From positions 4,692-68,691 of the forward strand of contig PBMI01000055.1 in the NCBI GenBank assembly GCA_002722545.1: DNA of 64,000 bases, in the 5' to 3' direction. The position numbers and the translations under genes are program-made. The notes under the pieces are model-generated. The model made no database searches. It saw nothing but the letters and a program-made list of their open reading frames with translations, and had not been told where the DNA came from. The DNA is from Opitutia bacterium. GTDB taxonomy: Bacteria; Verrucomicrobiota; Verrucomicrobiia; Opitutales; Seribacteraceae. The first letter of the stretch is position 1. Each line of letters starts with the position of its first letter. This document shows positions 29,633 to 40,011 of this stretch, piece by piece.

Positions 29633-30280
29633 ATGGTGCTGCGCCTTGGCCGCGACGACCATTTGCTCGACCAAGACGAGGCAAACCCGCCGAGCGAGGA
29701 CGACGACGCGCGCGTCGACCGCGCGGTCGCGTTTGACGCCGGAAGGTGCGCGGTGGGCGAGAAGCGCATCCGCGAGGCAATCGCGGACCGCGGCAACAAG
29801 GCGCGGCGGGTCGGGCAGGTGCGCGAGATGCTGCACGAGATGTCCGAGTACCTGAAGCAGGTCGAGGCGGACCACGAGCTCGCGCGCGAGCGCGTCGAGC
29901 AGCTCAAGGCCGAGTACGAGGGCGTCGAGGTCAAGGAGGAGAAGGCCGAGACGACACTGAGCGCCGAGGAGGAGGCCGCCATCGCTGCAGCCGAGCGGGC
30001 GGCGGCGGCGCCGGCGCCAGCGGCGACGGCCAAGGCTCCGCTCAACGGCTTCCCCATCGAGCTCAACCCGGAAGCCAACGCCAAGTTCGAGCGGCTGCTC
30101 GAGCTCAAGGTGCTTACCCTCTTCAAGAAGGGCGAAATGCAGGTCATTGCGCCCGGCCGCAACGGCACCAAGCAGAGGGTCTTCGAAACCAAGGAGCTTT
30201 TTAAGAGTGTCACGCCGCGCTTCTTCTGGCAGCACGACAAAGTTTGGGCGCGTGAGGCGCCTGAGGGTTGGCGTTCTTAG
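29633..30280 (+). CDS. Hypothetical coiled-coil protein
   Basis: 215 aa ORF with very high GC3. Confidence 0.7.
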   Translation: MVLRLGRDDHLLDQDEANPPSEDDDARVDRAVAFDAGRCAVGEKRIREAIADRGNKARRVGQVREMLHEMSEYLKQVEADHELARERVEQLKAEYEGVEVKEEKAETTLSAEEEAAIAAAERAAAAPAPAATAKAPLNGFPIELNPEANAKFERLLELKVLTLFKKGEMQVIAPGRNGTKQRVFETKELFKSVTPRFFWQHDKVWAREAPEGWRS

Positions 30281-30402
30281 AAAGGGAAGAGCAAACAAGT
30301 GCGCGTGTGCAGTTTGCGACTAGTATCGGGTGCGGTGCGTGTGCGCGCGAGCAACAGTTCTTTTCTTGCTGTGCGCGCACTCTGTTGCTTCTTTAAATTG
30401 CG

Positions 30403-30918
30403 ATGCGTAAAAAAGGGAAGCAGCAGCGTGCGTGCTGCGCGCCCGTTGCCGTAGACCGAATCTCTGCACTTCCAGAGGAGCTCAGGAATTTGATTGTACA
30501 GTGGGTGTGCAAATCGCACGGCTTCTACGTTGCAATGAACAAATTTCTCAAGCTGGAGCAAGCGCGTCTCAAGGACGCCCAGTGCATGCGGCTGGTGAAC
30601 ACCACTTTTTTGCGCATGTACGAGACAAAACTGTACTTGTACGACGTAACTTCGTCGCTTTGGGCGGTCATGTCGGCGTTAAAACTCAGGGAAGATTTTG
30701 TTCCGTACTTCATGCAACCGCAAAACAGCTGTGCCAGCAAGATGGAAATGCTCTTGTACTTCAAAGAACGGGAGGCTTACTTTGCGTTTCGCGACATGGG
30801 CGACTTAAATTTAATGAAGCGGTACTTGGTGCACTACAAGAGCCGCGTGCCTAAGGGAGACAAGCACTTGGAGGGTCTGCAAATCTACAATGCAAACACG
30901 AACGCGCAAACGGAGTAA
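30403..30918 (+). CDS. F-box-like protein
   Basis: DRISALPEELRNLIVQWV is a typical F-box start. Confidence 0.65.
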   Translation: MRKKGKQQRACCAPVAVDRISALPEELRNLIVQWVCKSHGFYVAMNKFLKLEQARLKDAQCMRLVNTTFLRMYETKLYLYDVTSSLWAVMSALKLREDFVPYFMQPQNSCASKMEMLLYFKEREAYFAFRDMGDLNLMKRYLVHYKSRVPKGDKHLEGLQIYNANTNAQTE

Positions 30919-30919
30919 A

Positions 30920-31108
30920 CTACGGCTCGTCCTCCAGCGCTTGCGCAAACGCGTGCAGCTCCGCCTCGAGCTTGTAGTCTCCCAGGCGCTTGGCGGCCGC
31001 CGTCAGTTCCTCGAGGCTGCGCCCTTTGAAAAAGAGGCGCTTGGCTTGCGCCAGGTCGAACTTGGGCACGATTGCGGCGTACGAGTTTGCTGCCTCTGCG
31101 TCGTCCAT
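30920..31108 (-). CDS. Small helical hypothetical protein
   Basis: 62 aa ATG ORF abutting the stop of the convergent gene. Confidence 0.5.
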   Translation of the reverse strand: MDDAEAANSYAAIVPKFDLAQAKRLFFKGRSLEELTAAAKRLGDYKLEAELHAFAQALEDEP

Positions 31109-31149
31109 TGAGGCGCGGTCGTTCCTTAATTACGAGTCGCAAACGTTTT

Positions 31150-31614
31150 TTAACTCATGGCCAACAACGGCACGGATACTGTGACTGCGCGTTCCCTGTC
31201 TACATTTGCATCCTTGAACACGGGCTGTCCCACGACCACCGCCGGCTTCTGGCCCTCGGCCTGCCGCACCGCCGCTCCCGCCGACTCGCCGCGTTGCCGG
31301 CGAGTCGCAACGATGTCTCCGTAGTTGCCGCAGCAATACCCACACGTAAGCAGCCACGGGATCGAGCGCAGGCACGCGCCGCATGGCGGGTCGCCGTTGA
31401 CGTTGCGCGAATGCCGACGCTCCGCAAGCACCGGCGCTTCCTGCTCGCGCTTTCCATTCCGCGCACGAAAGCATCGTTCGGTTGCGTTCCAAACGCACCC
31501 TATGCACTTGCCAAGCGTCACGTGACACGAGAGGCTGAGGCAGCAGAGGCCGACGAGGAGCACGCCGGTAAACACGAGAGCAAGGTACCCAAGGAATAGC
31601 TGCATGGACACCAT
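31150..31614 (-). CDS. Cys-rich single-pass membrane protein
   Basis: N-terminal hydrophobic helix followed by Cys clusters. Confidence 0.55.
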   Translation of the reverse strand: MVSMQLFLGYLALVFTGVLLVGLCCLSLSCHVTLGKCIGCVWNATERCFRARNGKREQEAPVLAERRHSRNVNGDPPCGACLRSIPWLLTCGYCCGNYGDIVATRRQRGESAGAAVRQAEGQKPAVVVGQPVFKDANVDRERAVTVSVPLLAMS

Positions 31615-31776
31615 GGTGCGCGGTCGCGCGCGTGGTCCTATCAGGAAAACCGCGACGTCTGGTATATTCAAGAGCTTAACGTTGTAGTTTTCAAACGCAC
31701 ACACCGTGCCGACGCACCACTATAGCGTACGCCTGCATTTGCTCTTTCCTCGCCACCGCCGCCGCAATTCCTCGTC

Positions 31777-32253
31777 CTACTGTTGGCTCGCGCGCTCACG
31801 CATCAATTCTCTCAGGTCATTGACCGGGAAGCTTTTCTGGCCGATAAGGCTTTCGGCCAGCGAATTCATCGCCTCGGCACGCCGCGCGTCGAGTTTCTCG
31901 CGCACATCGCTGTAGACCTGCCACAGAAGGGGTGTGCCTTCCCCAAACCTCGGATCTGTTTCATTGGCAATACGTTCCCGCTGCTCGTTGAGGTCCTTGA
32001 TCTCGTCATCAATCGCCAGCACCAGCGCGATGGACGCGATGAGGCCTTTGTTCACTTGATCAGTAAGTTGCAATTGCCGCAGCGCGACCTGCACGGCGGC
32101 GCCGTCCGCTTCCGCCCCGGGGTGCATCCCCGTGCTCGCCGACGAGTGCGAGCGCAAGCGGGCATCTGCGTCGCGGTGCTCGGGGCCAAAGACCTGCGCC
32201 ACGACGGTCTGGGGCGCCAGGTGGGTTGCCGGGCGGTCGTGCACAAAACCCAT
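31777..32253 (-). CDS. Hypothetical coiled-coil protein (start uncertain)
   Basis: Helical, protein-like C-terminal two thirds. Confidence 0.55.
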   Translation of the reverse strand: MGFVHDRPATHLAPQTVVAQVFGPEHRDADARLRSHSSASTGMHPGAEADGAAVQVALRQLQLTDQVNKGLIASIALVLAIDDEIKDLNEQRERIANETDPRFGEGTPLLWQVYSDVREKLDARRAEAMNSLAESLIGQKSFPVNDLRELMRERASQQ

Positions 32254-32357
32254 AGCCTCGGGCGCGCTTACTGGGAGGGGCTGGTCGGGCAGCTTATGTC
32301 TCTTTAGTTTCTCATTCACGCCGCTGATGTCCAAAAGAAATGTAAGCGCCGCGTGTC

Positions 32358-33137
32358 CTAAGCTATCCGATCCGCGAGCAGATCGCCGCGCCGCTCCCAC
32401 CAGCCCGGCAGGGCAAACAGTTCCGAGACATCGCCGTCAACGTAGAGCACACATCCCGACACTGCGTCCACGTTTTTAGAAAGCAATTTTGCAAGCGTGC
32501 GCGTCTCGCGCTTGAACAGGTGCAGCGTGATCGCAAGCTGCGCGAAGTGTCGGTTGATGTGGCTGTCCCTTGCCTTTGCAAGGGGCTTCTGCATGCACGT
32601 GCCCGCGTCTCGCGTGCGATCGCCGCCAAATCCCGTTTTGAGCTCAACGAGCACGAGCTCGGCCTGACCGCGCATGCACACTACGTCAATGGCCGTGCCT
32701 ATGCCGCGCTCCGCATCGATCACGACGCGCTGCGCGTCAACGGGCACAAGCCCGTGGTACGCAAGAGCGTTGAAGGTAAGCCGCGTCAGCTTGAGCATGC
32801 GGCTTCGCTTGCGAAGCGCCTCCGAGCCCTTGGCCAGCCGCGACACCTGCGCGTCAACCGCCTTACCGCGCCTCAGTCCGCCGCCCGCGCCCTGCCACGC
32901 GCTTCCGCGCCAGCTCCCGTCGCTTGGAGGCGTGGCCGACGAGTAGAGCTTCTTGGCCAGCAGCTTGGTGATGCCGCGCAGCTTTGGCCCCGTTGCGCGG
33001 CCAGAAGACGTGCGCGCGCGGTAACACGCAAACCCGCCGCTGCGTGAGAGCTTTCCAGGTGCCGTGTTTTGGACGAGCGCGCGAATGCCGCGCATTTCTT
33101 GTCCAATTTGCAAATCTTGTGGCTGCAACGCGGACAA
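32358..33137 (-). CDS. PD-(D/E)xK nuclease (lambda-exonuclease/YqaJ-like); start 33137 (TTG) or 33095 (ATG)
   Basis: GITKLL, RGKAVD, GTAIDVV, LVELKTG and HFAQL motifs in the canonical order. Confidence 0.75.
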   Translation of the reverse strand: MSALQPQDLQIGQEMRGIRALVQNTAPGKLSRSGGFACYRARTSSGRATGPKLRGITKLLAKKLYSSATPPSDGSWRGSAWQGAGGGLRRGKAVDAQVSRLAKGSEALRKRSRMLKLTRLTFNALAYHGLVPVDAQRVVIDAERGIGTAIDVVCMRGQAELVLVELKTGFGGDRTRDAGTCMQKPLAKARDSHINRHFAQLAITLHLFKRETRTLAKLLSKNVDAVSGCVLYVDGDVSELFALPGWWERRGDLLADRIA

Positions 33138-33247
33138 GGGCTAGCGATAACTCGTTGGTGGTACAAATCACCAAGCAGGTGTGCTATCCACGCCAACCTA
33201 ATGAACACGGAAACTCAACCGTAGCATGCGGCGATTTTACACCTGTG

Positions 33248-34363
33248 TCAGTGTGAGCCTTCCTCTTCCATGGCCATGGCCTTGGCAACGGAAGCCTCGA
33301 ACGCATCGCGGTGCACGGTTTCAATTGAGTTTTCGCTGGACAGCGTTACCTGCTGAAAGGCCAGCTGCCCGATAGGCTCGTGGCCGACGGCCGTTGGTTC
33401 GGGCTGCGGTGCAGTCATACTAAGGTCTATCAACTTTGAGTGCGCGCTCGGCGCGTCCTCCGCGTAGATGGGTTTCTCGTTGAGCAGCCTGTTTTGCTCA
33501 GCAACGGGGTCCGCCAGCTTGGGTTCGAGATCTCCCAGGTTGGCCTCTACGTCTTCGTCGTCGGTCAAACTGGCGGTCTCGACTTTCTTGTACTCGTTCT
33601 TGCGGGGCGCATTGTTGTACACGGCGCGCGCGTGCATGATGATGGCACATTGCGCCGCCGCAAGGGGCAGCCACCAGAGCATGGCACCACCTACCCAAAT
33701 CGAGGCGGATGCGCTGCGGAAAAAGACGGTCGGTGTGTACGAGAAAGGGCTACCGCGCGTGCGCGTGCTCGCGTACACGGTGACGCAGTACAGCATCGCA
33801 AAGGAAAACGCGCGCACAACGCGATCGGCCGCCTCGAAGAGGGTCACCGACTCGCAAAGCGGTCCGACGAGCGCGACGGCCGGTGGCGGGATCATCGCAA
33901 TGACGAGGAGCGCAACCAGGGTGATGATAAACGGCATGTCCGTCTCGTCGAGCGGCGCGCGCGCGCGCATGAACCCTGAGAAGACCATTGCGAGCACGGC
34001 GCTGTGGAACACTACGTGCCGCCAGCTCGGCGCGGGGCGCGCGTCCAAGCTGCACGTGTGAACCAGCTGAGAAACCACGAGCGTTCCAAGGTAAAGCGGC
34101 ACCGCCAGCTGCAGCGCCCCAAAGACGACGGTGATGCCGTGCGCCTTGCCTAGCCGGACGGGCGTGCGCATGAGCAGCCCGCCCGTTGCGCAGCACAACG
34201 CGAGCGTGCGCACCGCGGGCACGGACCCGCTTGGGGAGAGCCAGCACGCAAGCACGCTGACGGTTGCGCAGGCACATATGGTGAAGACGGTCTGTGCAAG
34301 CGGCAAGTACAGGCTTGCGTCGTTGAAATCCACGACCGAGTCCTCTTGGTCAGGACTGGGCAT
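33248..34363 (-). CDS. Multi-pass membrane protein
   Basis: About 7 hydrophobic segments and an acidic C-terminal tail. Confidence 0.7.
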   Translation of the reverse strand: MPSPDQEDSVVDFNDASLYLPLAQTVFTICACATVSVLACWLSPSGSVPAVRTLALCCATGGLLMRTPVRLGKAHGITVVFGALQLAVPLYLGTLVVSQLVHTCSLDARPAPSWRHVVFHSAVLAMVFSGFMRARAPLDETDMPFIITLVALLVIAMIPPPAVALVGPLCESVTLFEAADRVVRAFSFAMLYCVTVYASTRTRGSPFSYTPTVFFRSASASIWVGGAMLWWLPLAAAQCAIIMHARAVYNNAPRKNEYKKVETASLTDDEDVEANLGDLEPKLADPVAEQNRLLNEKPIYAEDAPSAHSKLIDLSMTAPQPEPTAVGHEPIGQLAFQQVTLSSENSIETVHRDAFEASVAKAMAMEEEGSH

Positions 34364-34432
34364 CGGGCGAGCGCTGCGCCGAGCGTGGGCGGTGCGCATC
34401 TGCGCGTTACATAGCGGCACAGGCGGAGAGGT

Positions 34433-34577
34433 GCACGCAGCCTAGCGTAAATAACGCAACATTTGGGAGGGGGGGAGGCAGCGCGCCGTCGGTTGCTGTG
34501 TCTGGTTGCGGTGGGAAAAAACTTGGCCACGTGTGTCCCCACACTTTTGGTTGCGGCAGCGCAACCGTTTGGGTTAC
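34433..34577. repeat. Duplicated upstream block, copy 1
   Basis: Shares GCACGCAGCCT.GCG.AAATAACGCAAC.TTTGGGAGGG...GTGTGTC.CCACACTTTTGGTTG..GCAGCGCAACC with 35467-35580. Confidence 0.8.
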
Positions 34578-34649
34578 GCGTCCGCACGGCAACTCGGCTG
34601 CTTAAGAAGTGAAAAGGGCGTGTTGATACCGCGCGTGTGTGTATGTGTG

Positions 34650-35363
34650 CTAATCCTCGCTCACTTCCTCTGACTCCGACCAGTACTCGTCGTTGTTTTC
34701 GTATTTGTCGAAGCATGGGAGGAAGTCCGACTTTGGCACGTTGTCGAAGTAGCCGGGCGCCAGCGCGATCGACGCGTTGGGGTCGACCAGCTTTACGATC
34801 TCTGCGACCATGCTCGTGTACATGGCGGCGCCGCCCTCGTCGGCTTGCGCAAGGATCTCCACGTCGTTGAGCGCGGTCGGCCCGTTTGGATCCTTGGACA
34901 TCACGGAAGGGGCGCCAGCGCCAGCGATGCCGTAGCCGCCGTCTTGCAACTCGCACGCAACCCACTCCCGCAGCACCTCCGCCACGGCCTGGGCGAGGTT
35001 GGCGCGCCGGCCGTCCTTTTTCTCCCACGTCAGTGTGACGCGGCACTTCGCAGCGACGCCACGCCCACGAACTAGGGCTGGTCCATAGTCCTTGATGCGG
35101 AAGATGGGCGTCCACGTATCATAGTCGTCGTCCCACTTGCGGCCGGCGCGCACGCCCTGGCGATGCTTCATGGCCGCCGCGCGGTTTCGTTCGGGCGGCG
35201 TCTCGCGCTTCTCGCGCCCCGACAACCCCGGCTTCACTCCCGTGCCGTCGGTCTGGTGGCCAAAGGTGCGCTGGCCGACGGCGAGCACCTGCGCGAGGCG
35301 CGCCTCGAGGCCGACGCCCGTGGGCGCACCGCCGACGGCCTGCGAGCGCGAGCGCACCGACAT
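34650..35363 (-). CDS. Hypothetical protein with RLxxVLAxG leader
   Basis: ATG 35363; PTG..ARLAQVLAVG..TG N-terminus. Confidence 0.6.
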   Translation of the reverse strand: MSVRSRSQAVGGAPTGVGLEARLAQVLAVGQRTFGHQTDGTGVKPGLSGREKRETPPERNRAAAMKHRQGVRAGRKWDDDYDTWTPIFRIKDYGPALVRGRGVAAKCRVTLTWEKKDGRRANLAQAVAEVLREWVACELQDGGYGIAGAGAPSVMSKDPNGPTALNDVEILAQADEGGAAMYTSMVAEIVKLVDPNASIALAPGYFDNVPKSDFLPCFDKYENNDEYWSESEEVSED

Positions 35364-35466
35364 GCCGCTTTGCTCCCTTGCGTGCGCGCACGCACATATC
35401 AAACGTGCGGGGCGAAGCACGTTGCGATTGTGCGCGATGGCCGAAACGGTCGCCCGGCGCGAGCGC

Positions 35467-35580
35467 GCACGCAGCCTGGCGCAAATAACGCAACCTTTGG
35501 GAGGGAGAGCAACGCGCCGTCGATGGGCGTGTGTGTGTCTCCACACTTTTGGTTGTAGCAGCGCAACCTTTTGAGTTTGC
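35467..35580. repeat. Duplicated upstream block, copy 2
   Basis: See 34433-34577. Confidence 0.8.
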
Positions 35581-35649
35581 AACTAGTAAAGCAGAATGTT
35601 GCGCGACCAGGATGGGTCTGCAATCGGTTTCTTACCGCGCGGTGCGCAG

Positions 35650-37356
35650 ATGAGTCAAACGATTGCCCCTTCTTGCCCAAAGCAGGACGCGGCGCCGGCG
35701 GCGGTGCCGGCGGCGGCGCTGGCGCCGTCCAAGCCGAGCGCGCTGCAGCGGGCCCTGCGTGGCACCGCCGATCGATACAGCCCTGATAACTTTTATGGCC
35801 TGGACCTCAACTATCGTGCCACCAGTCCTCGTGCTCACTTTGTTACCATCTCCAAAGGTCCCGGGGGACGCACGTCGCCGCTTTCGCCCGTCTCGTCGCC
35901 CCGCTCGCTTCCTCCGTTGCGCGTCTGGGGCAGTCCGCTCCTCGACGGGCTGCCTCTTGCGAGGGCGGAAAGTCTGCCCACCCTTTTGCCAAGCAGCAGC
36001 GTGTCTCGCCCCGTGCCACAACGCGCCGCAGCCTGCCAGAATCCTCACCAAGGGCCTTTTCCAGGACCATGCCCTGTTCCTCAGAGCGGCGGCGTTTGCA
36101 GGCTGAAGCAAAACTCCGCGTCGGAGATGGCGTGCATCTTCTGCGGCATCGTCGTCAATGGGCCGGCGATGGTGTCGGGGGAGCGCGCGAGTTTTTGCCC
36201 AAAGGAGAAAGCGCGCGATCAGGTGGGCGAGGTGCAAAACGGCTCCGCCGAGCAGGCGTCCCAAGACGCGTGGATCAACGGACCCGAGCGGTCTGACGAG
36301 CGGGAGAGGCGGATTCGCGCGTGGGCGGGAGGCACGCAAATGTCTCAGCGCCAGGTGAGGCGCATGGACGTGCAGAAGGTGCACAACGCGATAAGCCGCG
36401 AGGCGTGGAAGGACGCGCGTGCGCGTATCGAGGGCGAGGCGCGCGAGGAGCTTGTCCGGCGCAAGATCATAGCCGTGCTTGAGCTACTCTTCAAGTCCGT
36501 CAAGGGTCTCAAGGACAGCAAACAGGCAAAGCGCGTTCGCCTAACCACCGTCGACCTGTACGCGTCCTCCATGCAGCACGAGAAGGTGTGCACGCAAAAG
36601 GATTGTATGTTTGCGCTCTCGAAGCGCTCCAACATGGCCGTCGCGTATGGCGTCACCGAGTACGTGCTGACGATGCTGCTGAAAAACCCCGCGGACCTCG
36701 CGGAGCTGACGGGTGGAAACGTGACGCCGCAAACGATCAAAGACCAGCTCTCGCAGGTGAAGCAGCTGCAGCTGATACCGTCGGGCCACTCGCAGCTTCA
36801 GCAGGTGACGAGCGCCATCGGGATCATCTCGCGCTGGAAAGAGGGCGATGCGTGCAGGCCGTGCCTTGCGGTCGATCCCGTGCCGCCGGAGTTACTGCTT
36901 CCGCCCTCGCTCATCCAGTACCAAGAGCAGGCAGGCGGCAAACGCGTCACGGCCGACCCGGCAGACTCGAGCGTCAAGTTGCGCTTGCAAATCGTCGGCA
37001 CGTCCAAGCTCTGCCCCACGTTTGGCAAGGTGCGCGACATGGCGCTTAGGTACCTCGCCGTGCCGGAAATCATGCAGTTTCTCACGCTACCCGAGCACCA
37101 GCTGTGGCCCGTCGAGCTGGTTGCGTGCTTGATGATCCGCGCCGTCGAGTCAAAACTCGAGTGCGCGGACTCGACAACGCAGCTCCGCACAAATCTCCTT
37201 GAGGCCGACGACATTCGCCCACACACCTTTCTCACGTCGGCGGGCAAAGCGGAAGTGCTGATGCAGCGGTTTGAGCCACCTAAGAACCTCGACGAGGAGC
37301 ACGAGGGTACGAGGAGCGAGCCGCAAGACGAAAAGGATATTTATGAATGCAACTGA
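35650..37356 (+). CDS. Divergent TFIIB-like protein (zinc ribbon + two cyclin-like helical repeats)
   Basis: EMACIFCGIVV resembles the TFIIB ribbon. KRSNMAVAYG and WPVELVACLMI resemble cyclin-fold helix 3 motifs. The function call is tentative. Confidence 0.5.
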   Translation: MSQTIAPSCPKQDAAPAAVPAAALAPSKPSALQRALRGTADRYSPDNFYGLDLNYRATSPRAHFVTISKGPGGRTSPLSPVSSPRSLPPLRVWGSPLLDGLPLARAESLPTLLPSSSVSRPVPQRAAACQNPHQGPFPGPCPVPQSGGVCRLKQNSASEMACIFCGIVVNGPAMVSGERASFCPKEKARDQVGEVQNGSAEQASQDAWINGPERSDERERRIRAWAGGTQMSQRQVRRMDVQKVHNAISREAWKDARARIEGEAREELVRRKIIAVLELLFKSVKGLKDSKQAKRVRLTTVDLYASSMQHEKVCTQKDCMFALSKRSNMAVAYGVTEYVLTMLLKNPADLAELTGGNVTPQTIKDQLSQVKQLQLIPSGHSQLQQVTSAIGIISRWKEGDACRPCLAVDPVPPELLLPPSLIQYQEQAGGKRVTADPADSSVKLRLQIVGTSKLCPTFGKVRDMALRYLAVPEIMQFLTLPEHQLWPVELVACLMIRAVESKLECADSTTQLRTNLLEADDIRPHTFLTSAGKAEVLMQRFEPPKNLDEEHEGTRSEPQDEKDIYECN

Positions 37357-37560
37357 GCGCGCGCGCGGCGGCGGCGGCGGCGGCGGCGGTTTGCGTGCGC
37401 GTGTGTGGCCGGATATGGCCGCGCAGCTATAGCCAAGGAGGGACGGGGGGAGCAACGCAGCGGGCTTGCGACTGGTGCAATTGGCCGGTGAGCAAGTTGC
37501 TTGCGTTGCGCTAAGTTGAGCGTGTTTTTTTCCTAAGAGGGCAAGTGCTTGTTGCAAAGC

Positions 37561-37836
37561 ATGGCGGATCTGCGCTCGGTAATCTGGCTTGACGACGCGT
37601 GCGCGCGTCCCAAAAAGCAACGGGTGGGCGGGAAAGAGGCCGCGGTTGGCGCGCCGCTTGTCATCAAGCAAACCACCAAGACGGCAAGCGTTGCCTCCAT
37701 GTCCTCCGCGGGGTCGTACGCGTCTAGAGCGTCGGCGCGGAGCGCGGTGTCCTCAAATTGCTCTTTTGCGCCATTGGCGCCCACGGCTGAGGGTCAGGAC
37801 GACGATTATGTAAGAATAGCAATCGGTGGTCTGTAA
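37561..37836 (+). CDS. Small hypothetical protein
   Basis: ATG ORF with NLS-like PKKQR; upstream motif at 37466. Confidence 0.5.
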   Translation: MADLRSVIWLDDACARPKKQRVGGKEAAVGAPLVIKQTTKTASVASMSSAGSYASRASARSAVSSNCSFAPLAPTAEGQDDDYVRIAIGGL

Positions 37837-37926
37837 CGTTGCGGGTTATAGTCTCAAAAGTTTGCTGCTTAAACTTTGCGATTTGTAAGCGCTGCGCGCT
37901 ATTGCGCCGTACCTTGCTCGCGAGCT

Positions 37927-39969
37927 ATGAGCGTTACCACCGACGCGATGACACCGGAGCGAAGCAACCGCCTCGACGAGGCGTTTTCGGACTGCCTTGC
38001 GCGCGTGGCTAACTTGCGCCCGATTCTTTCCGTCAAATCGGGCGCTTTAACGTCGCTCGTGTGCGACGACCCGCCGGCCCGCGACGCGCGCATCGCCACG
38101 TGCCGCTCGTGCAACGGCGCGATGCGAGGCAACGACCGCGGGCGCGTGCTCTGCAGGGGCTGCCGCGCCAACCCGGTCGTTCTTGAGGGCGCACCGATTA
38201 TTACGACCATGTATCACCACGGCCACTCTAAGTACCACTTGGACGATGCGACCAAGGCGCTGATTGTGCAGATTGGCCACCAACGCGACATTGCCTATGA
38301 GGCGCAGCTTGTCGCCAAGCACTACGCCTACCTTGCGTACAACGTGCACGAGCGCTACCGGCGGCACAAAGGCAACCGCAACGTGCACTTTACGCCCGAG
38401 CGCGTGCGCAATTGCTCGTACGAGCGCGAGCTCGTTTTCTGCAACCCGCGCTACACCGAGTCGTCGGACGGCACTAGGCGCATTCCGGTTGCGCGTGTTG
38501 ACGACCGTCACCCGCCGGTCTCCGTTGGAGGGCTTGGGGCGAAGCTCTTTGACGTGGTTAAGGATGCGGCGCTGACGTGGCTATACAGCCTTGACGCCAT
38601 GATTCGCGCCCACTTTGCAATTACGCTTGAGCGTCGCCCAAACGACACGTCGGTGCAAACCACCATTGACGACTTTGCAAACCTCATCGCCAAGCGCGCG
38701 ACGCTGCTCGAGCGACGCGACGACGACGACCCAACGACGTACCTGTGCACGCAGTTTTTTGAGTGGATTGCCCAGATTCAATTTGTCAAGTGCGAGCACC
38801 ACGCGGCGGGACGGCGCCGCGCCGACATTCGCGCGATGCGCGAGCTTATGGGCCTGGCGCGCGGCGAGCCCGTGCCTGCAAGCGCGACACCGCTCGCCGA
38901 CTTTCTTGCCACGCCTTGCCCGGAGCTGCTCAAGGCCTTGCCGTCGGTGACTGCGGACATGCGCTTTGACGCGCTCGCTGAGGCGCTGACGCAACCGCGC
39001 GAGGAGCGCGCGGTGCTTCTGGACAATTGGCGCGCCTCCATCTACCCCGAGTCGCTCTGCATGCTACTCGAGGGTGCGATCTACCACGTGCAGCAGTGGC
39101 AGCCGAGCTTGTTTCTCAACTGTCTGCGGCGCCACGCAAAGCCAGCGTCGCGTCCGCTGCCTCAACAGGGATGGGTAGACAGCGCTGAAATCGGTCACTG
39201 GTCCTTTGTGAGCAGGGCCGCGCACGCGCAGCGGCGAACGGGGCTTGATCCGACGGGCCTGCGCATTGTCCTTATGAGCTCGGCGCTCATGCAGCTGAGC
39301 GCCGAGGGCAACTTTTTTGTGCCCGGCGTGATGCGCTGCGAGATGATGTTTACGGAGTGCCAGAACCACATACACGTTGCGACGCACGCGTACAAGGCGC
39401 TGAGCAATCAGATGTGGCCTTTTTTAGTGGGCGAGCCGTGGCGGGCATGCCGCGACCAACTGCTGCAATGGCAGGGATCGCACGTAGAGAACGACGTACG
39501 CCGCGCCGGTGCGCTCCTTCAAGGATTCTCCATGAACGAGATTGCGAGCCGGTTTTTGGTCGGGCGGGGGCCCGTCGTTGAGATGTGCAGCAACGTCGCG
39601 TCAATGGCGCGGCACAAGATGGTGCACAAGCCCGAGCCGCACTACGGGGAATGGTTCCCTATGCTGGTTGAGTTACTGTTGCCCATCCTGGCGCAGCTGC
39701 GGGAATCGGTGGGCCTCGGTCCCGATCTCGTTGCCGACCCGGTGGCCGAGGCACTGCGGCTGCTCAAGTCGGTGCGCGACTGGTTGCCCGCCGACGGCGA
39801 CGTGCGGATCACTGCGGGCGAGGCGTACGCCCTGCCCGAGCTAAAAAGCGTTTTGATGCGGCTGCGCGACAAAGGTTCACCGCTTGTGCGCTTTGTGAGA
39901 CCCAAGCGGTCCTCGGTTAACTGTTGGATATTGAACCGCGACGAGCTCGCGCGAGTGTTGAACAAATAA
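37927..39969 (+). CDS. Large hypothetical protein with N-terminal C4 zinc finger
   Basis: 680 aa; CRSC-x12-CRGC. Confidence 0.75.
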   Translation: MSVTTDAMTPERSNRLDEAFSDCLARVANLRPILSVKSGALTSLVCDDPPARDARIATCRSCNGAMRGNDRGRVLCRGCRANPVVLEGAPIITTMYHHGHSKYHLDDATKALIVQIGHQRDIAYEAQLVAKHYAYLAYNVHERYRRHKGNRNVHFTPERVRNCSYERELVFCNPRYTESSDGTRRIPVARVDDRHPPVSVGGLGAKLFDVVKDAALTWLYSLDAMIRAHFAITLERRPNDTSVQTTIDDFANLIAKRATLLERRDDDDPTTYLCTQFFEWIAQIQFVKCEHHAAGRRRADIRAMRELMGLARGEPVPASATPLADFLATPCPELLKALPSVTADMRFDALAEALTQPREERAVLLDNWRASIYPESLCMLLEGAIYHVQQWQPSLFLNCLRRHAKPASRPLPQQGWVDSAEIGHWSFVSRAAHAQRRTGLDPTGLRIVLMSSALMQLSAEGNFFVPGVMRCEMMFTECQNHIHVATHAYKALSNQMWPFLVGEPWRACRDQLLQWQGSHVENDVRRAGALLQGFSMNEIASRFLVGRGPVVEMCSNVASMARHKMVHKPEPHYGEWFPMLVELLLPILAQLRESVGLGPDLVADPVAEALRLLKSVRDWLPADGDVRITAGEAYALPELKSVLMRLRDKGSPLVRFVRPKRSSVNCWILNRDELARVLNK

Positions 39970-40011
39970 CCCCTCTCGCGCACCCGGTAGATTAAAAAAA
40001 GGTTAGCGAAG

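Noticed and set aside
32358-33137. Cas4 assignment for the PD-(D/E)xK nuclease
   Set aside because: Lacks the four-Cys Fe-S cluster pattern and any CRISPR context.
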